Positions 11,921-24,180 of a stretch of DNA of 64,000 nucleotides are shown here, one piece after another. This stretch comes from Chiloscyllium plagiosum. Taxonomy: Eukaryota. The notes beneath the pieces were generated by a model. It was given only the letters and a program-made list of their open reading frames with translations. It searched no databases and was not told the origin of the DNA. The stretch lies in assembly GCF_004010195.1 (NCBI RefSeq), contig NC_057711.1, positions 82,923,237 to 82,987,236 of the forward strand, read 5' to 3'. The stretch's first letter is position 1. Each line of letters begins with the position of its first letter. A program made the position numbers and the translations under genes.

Positions 11921-14519
11921 AATCAGGCATGCAATTCCTTTTCTCCACTGTTTTCTATTTCCCATGATCATGCTGCAAGTTCTCAAACTGGTCTCTTCCT
12001 ACCTCTCACTTTATCTCTCCTTACCAAATTTCTTTACTTACCTGAGAACCACTGTGATGCAACAGTAATCTTCCATTGCAACTCATCTGTTACTCTTGGT
12101 TTGCTGGCTTGATATAAAACAGACCTTAGGCTTAAAATAAGAGGTGGTTCAAGCCTCATTATTCAGAAACTGGGATTGTGAACAGTTGGTGCACTCAACT
12201 TTTCAGTGCCCATGTTGAATTGATTACATGGATAAATGTAGTTGTTGTGTGTGAAATCTATGAGCTTTTTTTGGGACTGTAATGATGTCTTTGAGTTTTG
12301 ATGCATTTTCATCCTATTCCACATTTATTTTTGTCAGCCTTTTTTTCTTCCTTTTTAACTGGTCATTGCCTTAATTGTTCCTAATGTAAGCTTTTGATCT
12401 TAATCTGGTAGGCAGAGCTGAGCATCTTGAAAGCTCACAACATTTTGTTCTGTTTGACAGTGTACTAAATTCTGAGTAAAGAATTTCCAATCTTAACAGT
12501 TTTTCCTCTGTAGCTAATGTTGTTTCCAATAACAAACTTGCTGCTTACGGTGTACATTTATTTTTAGTGTTTGTTGTTCAACATTAATAAAGTTTCATTA
12601 AAAAAAGACAGTGGTTTATTATCCTTGAACAAATACATTGTAAATGTGTTTATTAGTTAATTGATCTAGAAAATGAGTTCCATTTTACACAAATTCTGCT
12701 AGTTTTGTGCCAATAATTGAAAATTTACAGCCATAAGGGCTTTGTGTCAGTCTTTTATGAAAGGCAAAATGTGAAAAAGTAATGTCCAAATTTTAAAATT
12801 ATTTAGAGATTAAACACAGGATTCTGACATTTATAGTTATGGGGATTATGTTCTGCAAGTCTGTTATACATTGTGATTTTTTATGCTACTAAAGTGGAAA
12901 TTGGTTATGCCCTGTTATCTGGTCCCTGACAAATGGTGCACTGGTGCCAGCTGCTTCATTAAAAGGCCGATGATTTGTGCATTTAACTTTGATAATTGTC
13001 TGGCTACATGTCTAATAGTCTTTTATAATTCAATTTAATGTAAACATGGCTGTTGGTGGAAACCACTTCCTAGGCTATTACGCTAGTGAAATATCAGTAG
13101 TAAAGCAAGGCCTACCACATGTACTACTCATCAGAAACAAATTTCATACTGTTGTTGATGTGTATGGATATTCATACATGGAAATCTGCTAGCATGGTAT
13201 GTCATGCTCATTTATTTTGACCCATCCCAATTTACCTACTGCAATGATGTTTACCAATTAGTTCTTCAAAAGAATTTTTCAAAGGATTCTTAAACAGTGG
13301 TTTGACCCCTCAGAAGGACATCCATGGAGTGTGTTTCAAATGTTAAAAAAATTGGCTGAACAAATTTACTAGTAACATATAAAGGATTCAATGCATTGCT
13401 ATATTTGCAAGTGTATCTGTCCTGCACCCCAACATTGGAAACAATGCATGCAGGCTAATTTTCACCCTCCTTTACATTAATGTATTGATATTGAATATAA
13501 GAAATGAGGCTTCAACAATATTCAGGATTTTTTTTAAATTACAGGAATATTGTATACATCTCCCACAGATGCTTTAACTGTTTGTCCTACGTTTCTGAAG
13601 AATTCTTTTAATACTTCAAGCTTGCCAGTGAAGAGTTCGCTTCTCATTGATTGCTGCATGAATCTTTTCCACAAGTATGTAAGCTACCTATCAGATTAAT
13701 GATGCTGAATTCCTAACCCTTCCTTAAGAATTCTGTATGTTAAGGCAAAGCTAGTTGTACAGTTAACAAGAAAGGTTAAATCACATTTGGGAAAAAAAAT
13801 AATATTTTGAAAGTCAGTTAACAGATACAGTATGAATATTTTATCTTGGAAAAGACCTATTGTGGATAGATCTAATAGGAGTATCACTGCTTCTCTGTCA
13901 GCGTGACATTCCAAGACATTATGAATAAATTTGAGCATGTTTCCTGTGTGACCTTTCAATTGAGTTTGAGATTACTCCGAGAGGGAACAATACCTATAAT
14001 GTTTAAATGGCTGGGAAAGAGAAAGTTGGAAAAATAAATAAAAATGCAGATTGAATGAAAATTATTCAAGTAGTCAACAAGTCATTCAGTATTTTGCTTT
14101 AAGTAGAACCCTTTATAAGAACTTTAATTTTGAGCCAAAGCTTAAAGAAAATCGTGCATTGATCTGGAGTATTTAAGAAGGCAAACACTTAAAAAGCCAA
14201 TGAAAATGTTTGAGGTATTGTCATTATTGTAATGTAAAAAAAAAGCCTAATTTCTATATGACGGCCAGAAAAATAAGTAATTTCAATAAAAAATAAATTG
14301 CTTTTATTTTATTCCTGATTGAATAAAGTGCTGTTTAGGACACTCATTTAAATAGTAACATAGAGTCATAGAGATGTACAGCATGGAAACAGACCCTGGG
14401 TCGGACATTAATTAAAGGTTTCATACTATGGTAGATAGTGGCATATCTTGCTATGCTTTTAAACTAATTAAATTAACAGTAATATACATTGCCTAAGCTA
14501 GAAAAAGTAGCAGACCGCC

Positions 14520-14790
14520 TTTTACAAATATAGGAACAAGGAACTCTGGACCATTCGGTATGAGCATGGCTGATCCTTTATCTCAATGCTATACTCCTAC
14601 TCCATATATCTTGAAGCCTTTATGATCTAGAAATCTATCTGTGAAATGTTGTTGGCCCCCCCCCACTTTATGTAGTAGAGAATTCCACAAGGTCACCATT
14701 CTTTGAGTAAAGGAATTTCTCTTTATCTCAGTTGTAAGTGGTCTACCTTATATCCTGAAACTATGTTCCCTTGTTCTAGACAACTCTAGG
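14520..14790 (-). mobile_element. Old CR1 3' end (plus a ~38-nt young CR1 tail at 14360-14397)
   Basis: Similar to the CR1 3' end at 52940-53300. CATAGAGTCATAGAGATGTACAGCATGGAAACAGACCCT matches the young CR1 tails. Confidence 0.6.
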
Positions 14791-16119
14791 GCGAGCTTTT
14801 CCCTTTATCCAAAACCCCAAAACAAAACCAAGTCTTGGCCAGACAGTTAACATTTTCTTCAGGATCCGGGCTAGGAAGCCATTTAGTTGCTGGTAGGTGG
14901 ACTCGAGAGAGCAAAAGAGGTGTGAATTGAATAAGAGAACTATAGGCTGGTGTCCAGAAGTGCACACATGCTGGAAAGCCCACCCTAATCGGGGTGGAAA
15001 TAGTTAAATTGCTTAGCGACATCCAAATCAGAACCAGTCAAAATAAATGTCTGGTTAACTGATTATCTGGTTCAAATGGAGGTTACTACTGGCGCAGCTA
15101 TATCAGTGATTGTAGAAACAGTCTTTAACAAGCTTCACTGTGGACCCCAACCCTTAAGTTTGTGTGACACCTCAGTAGGACTGAGAACCTATACAGGGGA
15201 ACCTATATATATTAATGTTCCTTTGTCATATGAGAAGCAGCTAGTTCAGTTATCACTGATTATAGTAAAAGGCTCAAGCCCAAGCCAGATGGGGTGAAAT
15301 TAGTTGAGGAAGATGCATGGAGATTTGCTCAAGATTCTTCAGTTAGAAAATGTCTGCCTGAATGAAGTTTTAATAAAAACCTGAACGTTTTTCAGGAAGG
15401 ACTAGGGACTATCAGAGGAGGCAAGCTGACCTTGCATGTTGACTAGGAAGCAATTCCACAATTCTGCAAGACCAACCTGCTGCCATTTGCCTTATGTGCA
15501 GAAGTAGAATCATAAATCAGGAGGCTGGAAAGCTAACAAATCATCTAACTAATCCAGTTTGTGGAATAGCAGCACCAGTCATACTGCTTGTGAAGCCTGA
15601 CAGGTCAGTTCACCTTTGTGGGGATTTTAAACAAACGGTAAACTTGTTCTCATGGCTGGATAATCCAATACCTCGCATTGTGGACTTAGAACTGGCAGAA
15701 GGGCTATCTTTCATGAAGCTAGGCATGAATGATGTGGACCTGCAATTGCAGTTAGGTGAGGCTTCCCAGAAGTTTGCTACAATTAATACCCATAAGGATT
15801 TGTATCATTTGGGATATCATCAGCCGGTGCCATTTTTTAGCGGACAATCGAGAACCTTTTACAAGATCTACCCCAGGATGCCATTTATCTGGATGACATG
15901 TTAAAAACAAGGAATTTAAAGCATTTAAAGAACTTGAATATAGTCCTTCAATGTTTCTGCAAGGTGGAAATATGTCTTAAAAGGAAAAAATGTGTGTTCC
16001 AAGACATATTTAGGCTGCAGGGTTGACAAGACCGGGCTACCCCTATTGGAAGATAAAGTGAGGGCGATCAAAGATACCATCACTCCCACGTCTGTACTGG
16101 AGCTTAGATCTTTCCTTGT

Positions 16120-16556
16120 ATTAGAGTCATAGAGATGTACAGCACGGAAACAGACCCTTCAGTCCAACTCATCCGTGCTGAACAGAATTCCCAACACAAT
16201 TTAGTCCAACCTGCCAGTACCCAGTCCACATCCCTCCAAACCCTTTCTATTCATATACCCAACCAGATAACTTTTAAATGTTGCAATTGTACTAGACCCC
16301 ACCACTTCCTTTGGCAGCCCATTCTACACATGCACCTCCATCTGCATGAAAATGTTGCCCCTTAGGTCTCTTTTATATCTTTCCCCTCTCACCCTAAACC
16401 TATGCCCTCTAGTTCTGGACTCCCCCACCCCAGGGAAAAGACCTTGTCTATTTACCTGATCATGCCCCTCATGATTTTATAAACCTCTATAAAATCACCC
16501 CTCAGCCACCGACGCTCCAGGGAAAACAGCCCTAGCCTATTCAACCTCTCCCTATA
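16120..16556 (-). mobile_element. Young CR1 3' end
   Basis: AGAGTCATAGAGATGTACAGCACGGAAACAGACCC tail; near-identical to 19331-19750 and 41037-41460. Confidence 0.9.
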
Positions 16557-17450
16557 GCAGCAAAATCGACGTTTCGGGCAAAAGCCCTTCATCAGGAATA
16601 AAGGCAGAGATCCTGAAGCATGGAGAGATAAGCTAAAGGAGGGTGGGGGTGGGGAGAAAGTAGTATAGAGTACAATAGGTGAGTGGCGGAGGAGATGAAG
16701 GTGATAGGTCAGGGAGGAGAGGGTGGAGTGGATAGGTGGAAAAGGAGCTAGTCAGGTCGGACAAGTCCGGACAGGTCAAGGGGACAGTGTGGAGCTGGAA
16801 GTTTGAAACTAGGATGAGGTGGGGGAAGGGGAAATGAGGAAGCTGTTGAAGTCCACATTGATGCCTTGGGGTTGAAGTGTTCTGAGGCGGAAGATGAGGC
16901 GTTCTTCCTTCAGGCGTCTGGTGGTGAGGGAGCGGCGGTGAAGGAGGCCCAGGACCTCCATGNNNNNNNNNNNNNNNNNNNNNNNNNNNNNNNNNNNNNN
17001 NNNNNNNNNNNNNNNNNNNNNNNNNNNNNNNNNNNNNNNNNNNNNNNNNNNNNNNNNNNNNNNNNNNNNNNNNNNNNNNNNNNNNNNNNNNNNNNNNNNN
17101 NNNNNNNNNNNNNNNNNNNNNNNNNNNNNNNNNNNNNNNTTTGGATGTGGCGGAAATGTCGGCGGATGATTTGGTTTATGCGAATGTTGGTAGGGTGGAA
17201 GGTGAGCACCAGGGGCGTTCTGTCCTTGTTACGGTTGGAGGGGTGGGGTCTGAGGGCGGAGGTGCGGGATGTAGACGAGATGCGTTGGAGGGCATCTTTA
17301 ACCACGTGGGAAGGGAAATTGCGGTCTCTAAAGAAGGAGGCCATCTGGTGTGTTCTATGGTGGAACTGGTCCTCCTGGGAGCAGATACGGCAGAGGCGGA
17401 GGAATTGGGAATACGGGATGGCATTTTTGCAAGAGATAGGGTGGGAAGAG
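16557..17450 (-). mobile_element. Penelope-like element fragment with an intact hammerhead core (spans an N gap)
   Basis: SSHPISCKNAIPYSQFLRLCRICS...PLVLTFHP is the PLE RT thumb/linker. Minus-strand CTGATGA-a-GGGC-TTTT-GCCC-GAAA-CGTC at 16568-16595. Confidence 0.9.
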
Positions 17451-17836
17451 GTTACCCCTCCGAACAAAGTTCAGGTAGGTGTGAGGCAGTCCTGAATAAA
17501 TACGTAGACGACATAAAAGCTGCAAACTCGCAAAAAGGGCAGGAGCAAAACATACTCAGCCTCTCGCAAGTTGTGAGTTCTCTCCCTCCTTCTAGTGAAG
17601 AAACCTTGGAGTCAGAGATGAACAGGGCAGATGTCACAGCTTCAATGCATTTACTGCCTTAAGAAAAGGATGAATTTCTTCTGAGATGCTCTAGGTGAAA
17701 GAGGCAGGCTGTGGTCCTGTACACACCACCCATATTCAAGGCTGAGTCAGTGGAAGCAGACTGAGTGCAAAAATGCCCTAGGAGAAGCTACAAGAGAAAG
17801 AGGAGGCCTATGTCGCCAGACTTAGAAGGGGAGGGA

Positions 17837-18047
17837 TGTAGTGATTGTACAAGGTCAGCCAGGTGGACCTCCTAGAATATGAGTTCCATGATTAGAGCAG
17901 ATTAACAGCCCCAATCTGGGAGCCTGGCTGACAGATTTAAACAAAAGTGACAGCAGGCTCTGAGGAAGCAGGACCAGTGTTAAGTATTATGCACATGCAA
18001 GTAAAGGCTGATTTGGTGACGGGATACTGGCCTCTGGAATTATTTCA
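17837..18047 (+). repeat. 3' LTR of the Gypsy element (~210 bp)
   Basis: Begins with TGTAGT directly after the PPT and ends ...ATTTCA. Confidence 0.7.
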
Positions 18048-18899
18048 GTCACAGAATCAATCTTGGTCTAGCTTTCAGATTTTATTATATTTTGGATTAC
18101 CAAGCTTTGTTTTCATACAAATTGTACAGGGACAGAGAAGATTTCTGATCCTCTGCCCTGAAAGCAACTAGAATGTATCTGGCGGAACAGACAGCTTTGT
18201 TCATATACCACAATTATAAAATTTTTACCATTTTCTTTTGCTTAAACCCTTTCAAATAGGATTTTTTTTTTCCTCGAGCAACGTTTTTCTATTATTGTAA
18301 GTCAATCTCATGATCTCTGAGTTAGAAGGAATCAAGTTTCATTAAGTGGGATGCAAATGTTTGCTTCTGTGCAGATGGAAACAAGGTTGAAGAATCCGAT
18401 TGGCAATGATTGCAAGAAATGAAGTAATAATGAATTGAAAATAGACCTACGCTGTGCCTGTTCCTTGAATCATGGACTTTTGAGTTTGCAGTGCAACTTC
18501 ATTAATTTGGACCTCAGTAAAATCAATTTCAGTTCTTCTGGAATATAATTAATTCAAATACACCATCATGTGCACTAGTGAGAAGAGAACAAAGGAGAAC
18601 AATTATCGAGACTGTGGCTCGTAATCCAGATCATTGTTTTGTAGGCTGAGGTTAAACACACTTGAAATGAGGATATCCTCATCCTGTTGAATAGGAAAGC
18701 CAAGGGTGAGAGGCAGATTTAAACTACTGCAATAGACGTAGGTACGGTATGTGCGCACTCTTGCAGGGATCATTCCCAAAAATAGCTCTCTATTCTGGCA
18801 CTTAACTTTTTTCTGGGATCAGCACCCAACGTGAAGGTTTTTAGGACAATTTCAGTTTTGAATAGCTGGATTTGGAACATCACCCTGTTTTTGGAAGGC

Positions 18900-19270
18900 G
18901 CCTCTAGAATGCGGGCCTGGTGGTGCATGCTCAAAGATCATTGAAAGTGGCAGGACGAATAATTAAGGTAGTTAACAGAAAGCATATGTGATACTCTCTT
19001 CATACACAAGGCTTCTGAATACAAAAAAAGAATTTGTGTTAAATATTTTCAAATCATTTAGATCTCAGCTTGAGAACTGTGTGCAATTTTGGGTATCACA
19101 TCAGAAAAACAACATCAAGGCCTTCGAGCAGGAATAGAGGAGGCTTATTTGGATAATGAGGGCAGTGGCATTTCAGTTATGTGGAAGAGATTGATAAAGC
19201 TGGGATTATTATAAAGGTTAAGAGGTAACATTAATACTTAAAGAAGATTTTAATAGAAATCTAGAGAGAA
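18900..19270 (+). mobile_element. Highly degenerate CR1 ORF2 C-terminal fragment
   Basis: LENCVQFWVSH-like motif at ~19070-19100. Confidence 0.6.
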
Positions 19271-19330
19271 GCTGGACTAAATTAATCTGTACATGTCAGT
19301 AAACATAAGTGGGCCCCAAGCCTGGATTGT

Positions 19331-22300
19331 TATAGATTCATAGAAATGTACAGCACGGAAACAGACCCTTCGGTCCAACCTGTCCATGCCGACCAGATAT
19401 CCCAACCCAATCTAGTCCCACCTGCCATCACCTGGCCATTATCCTTCGAAACCCTTCCGAATCACATACCCATCCAAACATCTTTTAAATGTTGCAATTG
19501 TACTAGTCTCCACCATTTTCTTTGGCAGCCCATTGTACACATGCACATCCCTCTGCATGAAAATGTTGCCCCTGAGGTCTCTTTTATATCTTTCCCCTCT
19601 CACCCTAAACCTATATTCTCTAGTTCTGGACTCCCCAGGGAAAAGACTTTGTCTATTTATCCTATCCATACCCCTCATAATTTTGTAAACCTCTGTAAGG
19701 TCATCCCTCAGCCTCTGATGCTCCAGGGAAAACAGCCCCAGCCTGTTCAGCCTCTCTTTATAGCTCAAATCCTCAAACCCTGGCAACATCCTTGTAAATC
19801 TTTTCTGAACCCTTTCAAGTTTCACAACATCTTTCCTGAACCCTTTCAAGTTTCACGACATCTTTCCGATAGGAAGGAGACCAGAATTGCACGTAATATT
19901 CCAAATGTGGTCCAACCAATGTCCTGAACAGCCGCAACATGACCTCCCAACTCCTGTACTCAATACTCTGACCAATAAAGGAAAGCATACCAAACGCCTT
20001 CTTCACTATCCTATCTACCTGCGACTCCACTTTCAAGGAGCTATGAACCTGCACTCCAAGGTCTCTTTGTTCAGCAACACTCCCTAGGACCTTACCATTA
20101 AGTGTATAACTCCTGCTAAGATTTGCTTTCCCAAAATGCAGCACCTCGCATTTATCTGTATTAAACTCGATCTGCCACTTCTCAGCCCATTGGCCCATCT
20201 ATTCAAGATCCTGTTGTAATTTGAGGTAACCTTCTTCGCTGTCCACTACACCTCCAATTTTGGTGTCATCTACAAACTTACTATACCTCTTATGCTCGCA
20301 TCCAAATCATTTATATAAATGACGAAATGTAGAGGACCCATTACCGATTCTTATGGCACTCCACTAGTCACAGACCTCCAGTCTGAAAAACAACCCTCCA
20401 CCACCACCCTCTGTCTTCTACCTTTGAGCCAGTTTTGTATCCAAATGGCTAGTTCTCCCTGTATTCCATGAGATCTAACCTTGCTCACCTGTCTCTAATG
20501 GGGAACCTTGTTGAACGCCTTACTGAAGTCCATATAGATCGCATCTACCGCTCAATCCTCATCAATCTTCTTTGTTACATCTTCAAAAAACTCAATCAAG
20601 TTTGTGAGACATGATTTCCCATGCACAAAGCCATGTTGACTATCCCGAATCAGTCCTTGCCTTTCCAAATACATGTACATCCTGTCCCTCAGGATTCCCT
20701 CCAACAACTTGCCCACCACCGACGTCAGACTCACTGGTCTATAGTTCCCTGGCTTGTCCTTACCACCCTTCTTAAACAGTGGCTTCACGTTAGCCAACCT
20801 GCAGTCTTCTGGCACCTCACCTGTGATTATCGATGACAAGATATCTCAGCAAGAGGCCCACCAAACACTTCTCTAGCTTCCCACAGAGGTCTAGGGTACA
20901 CCTAGTTAGATCCTGGGGATTTAACTTTATGAGTTTCGAGACATCCAGCACTTGCTCCTCTGTAATCTGGACATTTTTCAAGATGACACCTTCTATTTCC
21001 CTACATTCTATATCTTCCATGTCCTTTTCCACAGTAAATACTGATTCAAAATACTCATTAGTATCTCCCCCATTTTCTGCGGCACAACACAAAGGCCGCC
21101 TTGCTGGTCTTTCAGGGGCCCTATTCTCTCCCTAGTTACCCTTTTGTCCTTAATGTATTTGTAAAGACCCTTTGGATTCTCCTTAATTCTGTTTACCAAA
21201 GCTATCTCACGTCCCCTTTTTGCCCTCCAGATTTCCCACTTAAGTATGCTCCTACTGCCTTTATACTCTTCTAAGGATTCACTCGATCTATCCTGTCTCT
21301 ATACCTGACATATGCTTCCTTCTTTTTAACCAAACCCTCAATTTCTTTAGTCATCTAGCATTCTCTACACCTACCAGCCTTTCCTTTCACCCTAACAGGA
21401 ATATACTTTCTCTGGATTTTCATGATCTCATTTCTGAAGGTTTCCCATTTTCTAGCTGTCCCTTTACCTGCAAACATCTGCCCCCAATCAGCTTTTGAAA
21501 GTTCTTGCCTAATACCGTCAAAATTGGCCTTTCTCCAATTTAGAACTTCAACTTTTAGATCTGGTCTGATCTTTTCCATCACTATTTTAAATCTAATAGA
21601 ATTATGGTCGCTAGCCCCAAAATGCTCCCCCACTGACACCTCAGTCACCTGCCCTGCCTTATTTCCCAAGAGGAGGTCAAGTTTTGCACCTTCTCTCGTA
21701 GGTACATCCGCATACTGAATCAGAAAATTTTCTTGTACGCACTTAACAAATTCCTCTCCATCTAAACCCTTAACACTATGGCAGTCCCAGTCTATGTTTG
21801 GAAAGTTAAAATCCCCTGCCTTAACCACCTTACAGAGAACGGAGATCTCCTTACAAATTTGTTTCTCAATTTCCTTCTGACTATTAGGGAGTCTATAATA
21901 CAATCCCAATAAGGTGATCATCCCTTTCTTATTTTTCAGTTCCACTCAACTAACTTCTCTGGAGATATTTCCGGGAATATCCTCCCTCAGTACAGCTGTA
22001 ATGCTATCCCTTTTCAAAAATGCCACTCCCCCTCCTGTCTTGCCTTCCTTTCTATCCTTCCTGTAGCATTTGTATCCTGGAACAATAAGCTGCCAGTCCT
22101 GCCCATCCCTGAACCATGTTTCTGTAATTGTTATGATATCCCAGTCCCATGTTCCTAACCATGCCCTGAGTTCATCTGTCTTCCCTATTAGGCCCCTTGC
22201 ATCAAAATAAATGCAGTTTAATTCATTAGTCCGACCTTGTCCCTGCCTGCCCTGACTGTTTGAGTCGCTTCTGTTGTCAACTGTACCAGTGTCAGATTGA

Positions 22301-23560
22301 TCCCTTTCCTCATTATCTCCTTGAGCCCCCCCCCCTCCCCACCTACTAGTTTAAATCCTCCTAAGCAGTTCTAGCAAATCTCCCTGCAGTATATTAGTAC
22401 CCCTCCAATTTAGGTGCAATCTGTCCTTCCTGTTCAGGTCACTTCTACCCCAAAAGAGGTTCCAATGATCCAAAAATGTGAATCCTTCTCCCATACACCA
22501 GCTCCTCAGCCGTGCATTCATCTGCTCTATCCTCCTATTCCTGCCCTCACTAGCATAGCACTGGGAGTAATCCAGATATTATTACTCTCGAGGACCTCCT
22601 TTTTAAATTCCTTCCTAACTCTGTGTAATCTCCCTTCAGAATCTCAATCTTTTCCCTTCCTATGTCTTTGGTTCCAATGACCTCTTACTGGCCCTTCTCC
22701 CCTTTGAGAACATTCTGCACTCTCTCTGAGACATTCTTGATCCTGGCACCAGGGAAGCAATACACCATTCTGATTTTTTGCTGCTGGCCACAGAAACGTC
22801 TGTCTGTACCTCGGACTGGAGAGTCCCCTAACACAATTGATCTCTTGGAACCCGACCTACCCCTCATTGCATTAGAGCCAGTCTCAATACCAGAAACTTG
22901 GCTGTTCGTGCTACATTCCCCTGTGAATCGATCACCCCCTTTATTTTCCAAAACAGCATACTTGTTTGAAATGAGGATTCCCACAGAAGACTCCTGCACT
23001 AATGTTCAGATGCGGCGATGTCTTCCTGCAGCTAGTGGGTCATTGAATATATTCAAGGCTGAGTTCATTTGACTTTAAAGAAGGAAAAAGTGGATGGTTA
23101 TGGGGGAGGCAAGAAAATGGTTTTAAGAAAAGTTACAGAGTCAGACCGCACAGAAACACCCTTACCTTTCCTGGAGTTAACCCATCTATGTGACTGTATC
23201 TGCGACTTTTCCCCCTTCCTATAACTGCCATCCATCACAGACCGTTGCTGTTTCAAATTCCTCATTGCCTCTAACTGTCTCTTCAACTGATCCATTCAAT
23301 CTGATAGGATTCACAACCAACAGCATTTATTGCAGATATAATCCACAGTAACCCATAAACTCTTCTTAAACTCCCACATCTGACAAGAAGCGCATATCAC
23401 TCTACTAATGGCCATTTTTGCTCCATCAGAATCAACAGACCAAGAAAATAACACCGTCTTATTCCTCTACAAAACACTGCTCCAGGTTAAACTAATAGTT
23501 ATGGCTTATATTTTAAATTTAATCAAGAGACATCTCTCAAAAAACATATAGAGAAGGTGT
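19331..23560 (-). mobile_element. Near full-length CR1 (HER1-like) LINE with ORF1 and ORF2, disrupted
   Basis: 3' tail at 19331. ORF2 pieces: RT (NYRPVSLTSVVGKLLE, LIEFFED) and APE (GDFNFPNIDW, LDLLLGN, SDHNS). ORF1 VLGDSPVRGTDRRFCG. Frameshifts include a 31-bp tandem duplication at 19805-19866. Confidence 0.95.
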
Positions 23561-23719
23561 CTGTCAGTGCGACTTTATTTGAGATGTATTTTAGCTACCT
23601 CCAAGTTCACTGTCCAATTTCCTAACCTGGGCTTGCCAGTGTGTGACTTTAAGAAACATAGACAATCTTTTAGACCATGCAGTGTATCAAATGAGCTGTT
23701 CATAAGAGAACTTTGAATA

Positions 23720-24180
23720 AGCTACTGTTCAACAGCTTAATAAAGAGTTGGGTGTTAACTGGAGTCTTAACGGAGGAATGGGAAGGAATGGAAAAACAAG
23801 GGGCTTATATAGATAAAAGCTTGGTCACCAACGTCCAGTATCAAAGGAAAGAAGAATTTGGTGGCAAGATTTAAGATGGAGGTTGAGACGTGGAATGCAG
23901 ATGAGATGGGTTGGTGAGGAACATTGTCAAGTTGGGGGAGATGAAAACCAGGGTGTATGAAGCCATGAAAATAGTTAAACAACAAAGTAGGAATTTTATG
24001 TTTGAGATGTTAGGGAGCTGGGAGCCAGGAACCACTAAAGGTTAGCAAAGAGAAGTATAATAGGTGAATGGGATAGGAAAAGTAGCTAATCTCGGAAGAA
24101 CTGAAGTTTATATAGTGTCGAGGTTAGGAAGTGACTCAGGTGCACATCTGAACGGATAGGTTTGAAGTTGACAAATTCCT
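23720..24180 (-). mobile_element. Old L2-like LINE fragment
   Basis: Degenerate similarity to the 30520-31150 segment, e.g. DQAFIYISPLF-like C-terminus. Confidence 0.4.

Larger units (their letters stand above)
14900..18047 (+). mobile_element. Ty3/Gypsy LTR retrotransposon remnant (PR, RT, IN tail, PPT, 3' LTR), split by CR1 and PLE insertions
   Basis: Protease MEVTTGAAISVI (decayed DTGA). RT AAPVILLVKPDRSVHLCGDFKQTVN and IYLDDML. Resumes at ~17450. PPT AGAAGGGGAGGGA (17824-17836). Confidence 0.85.

Noticed and set aside
19346..19927. Recurrent + strand ORFs starting MYSTETDPSVQ (16135, 19346, 41047)
   Set aside because: Antisense frames of young CR1 3' ends; recurrence reflects repeat copies.
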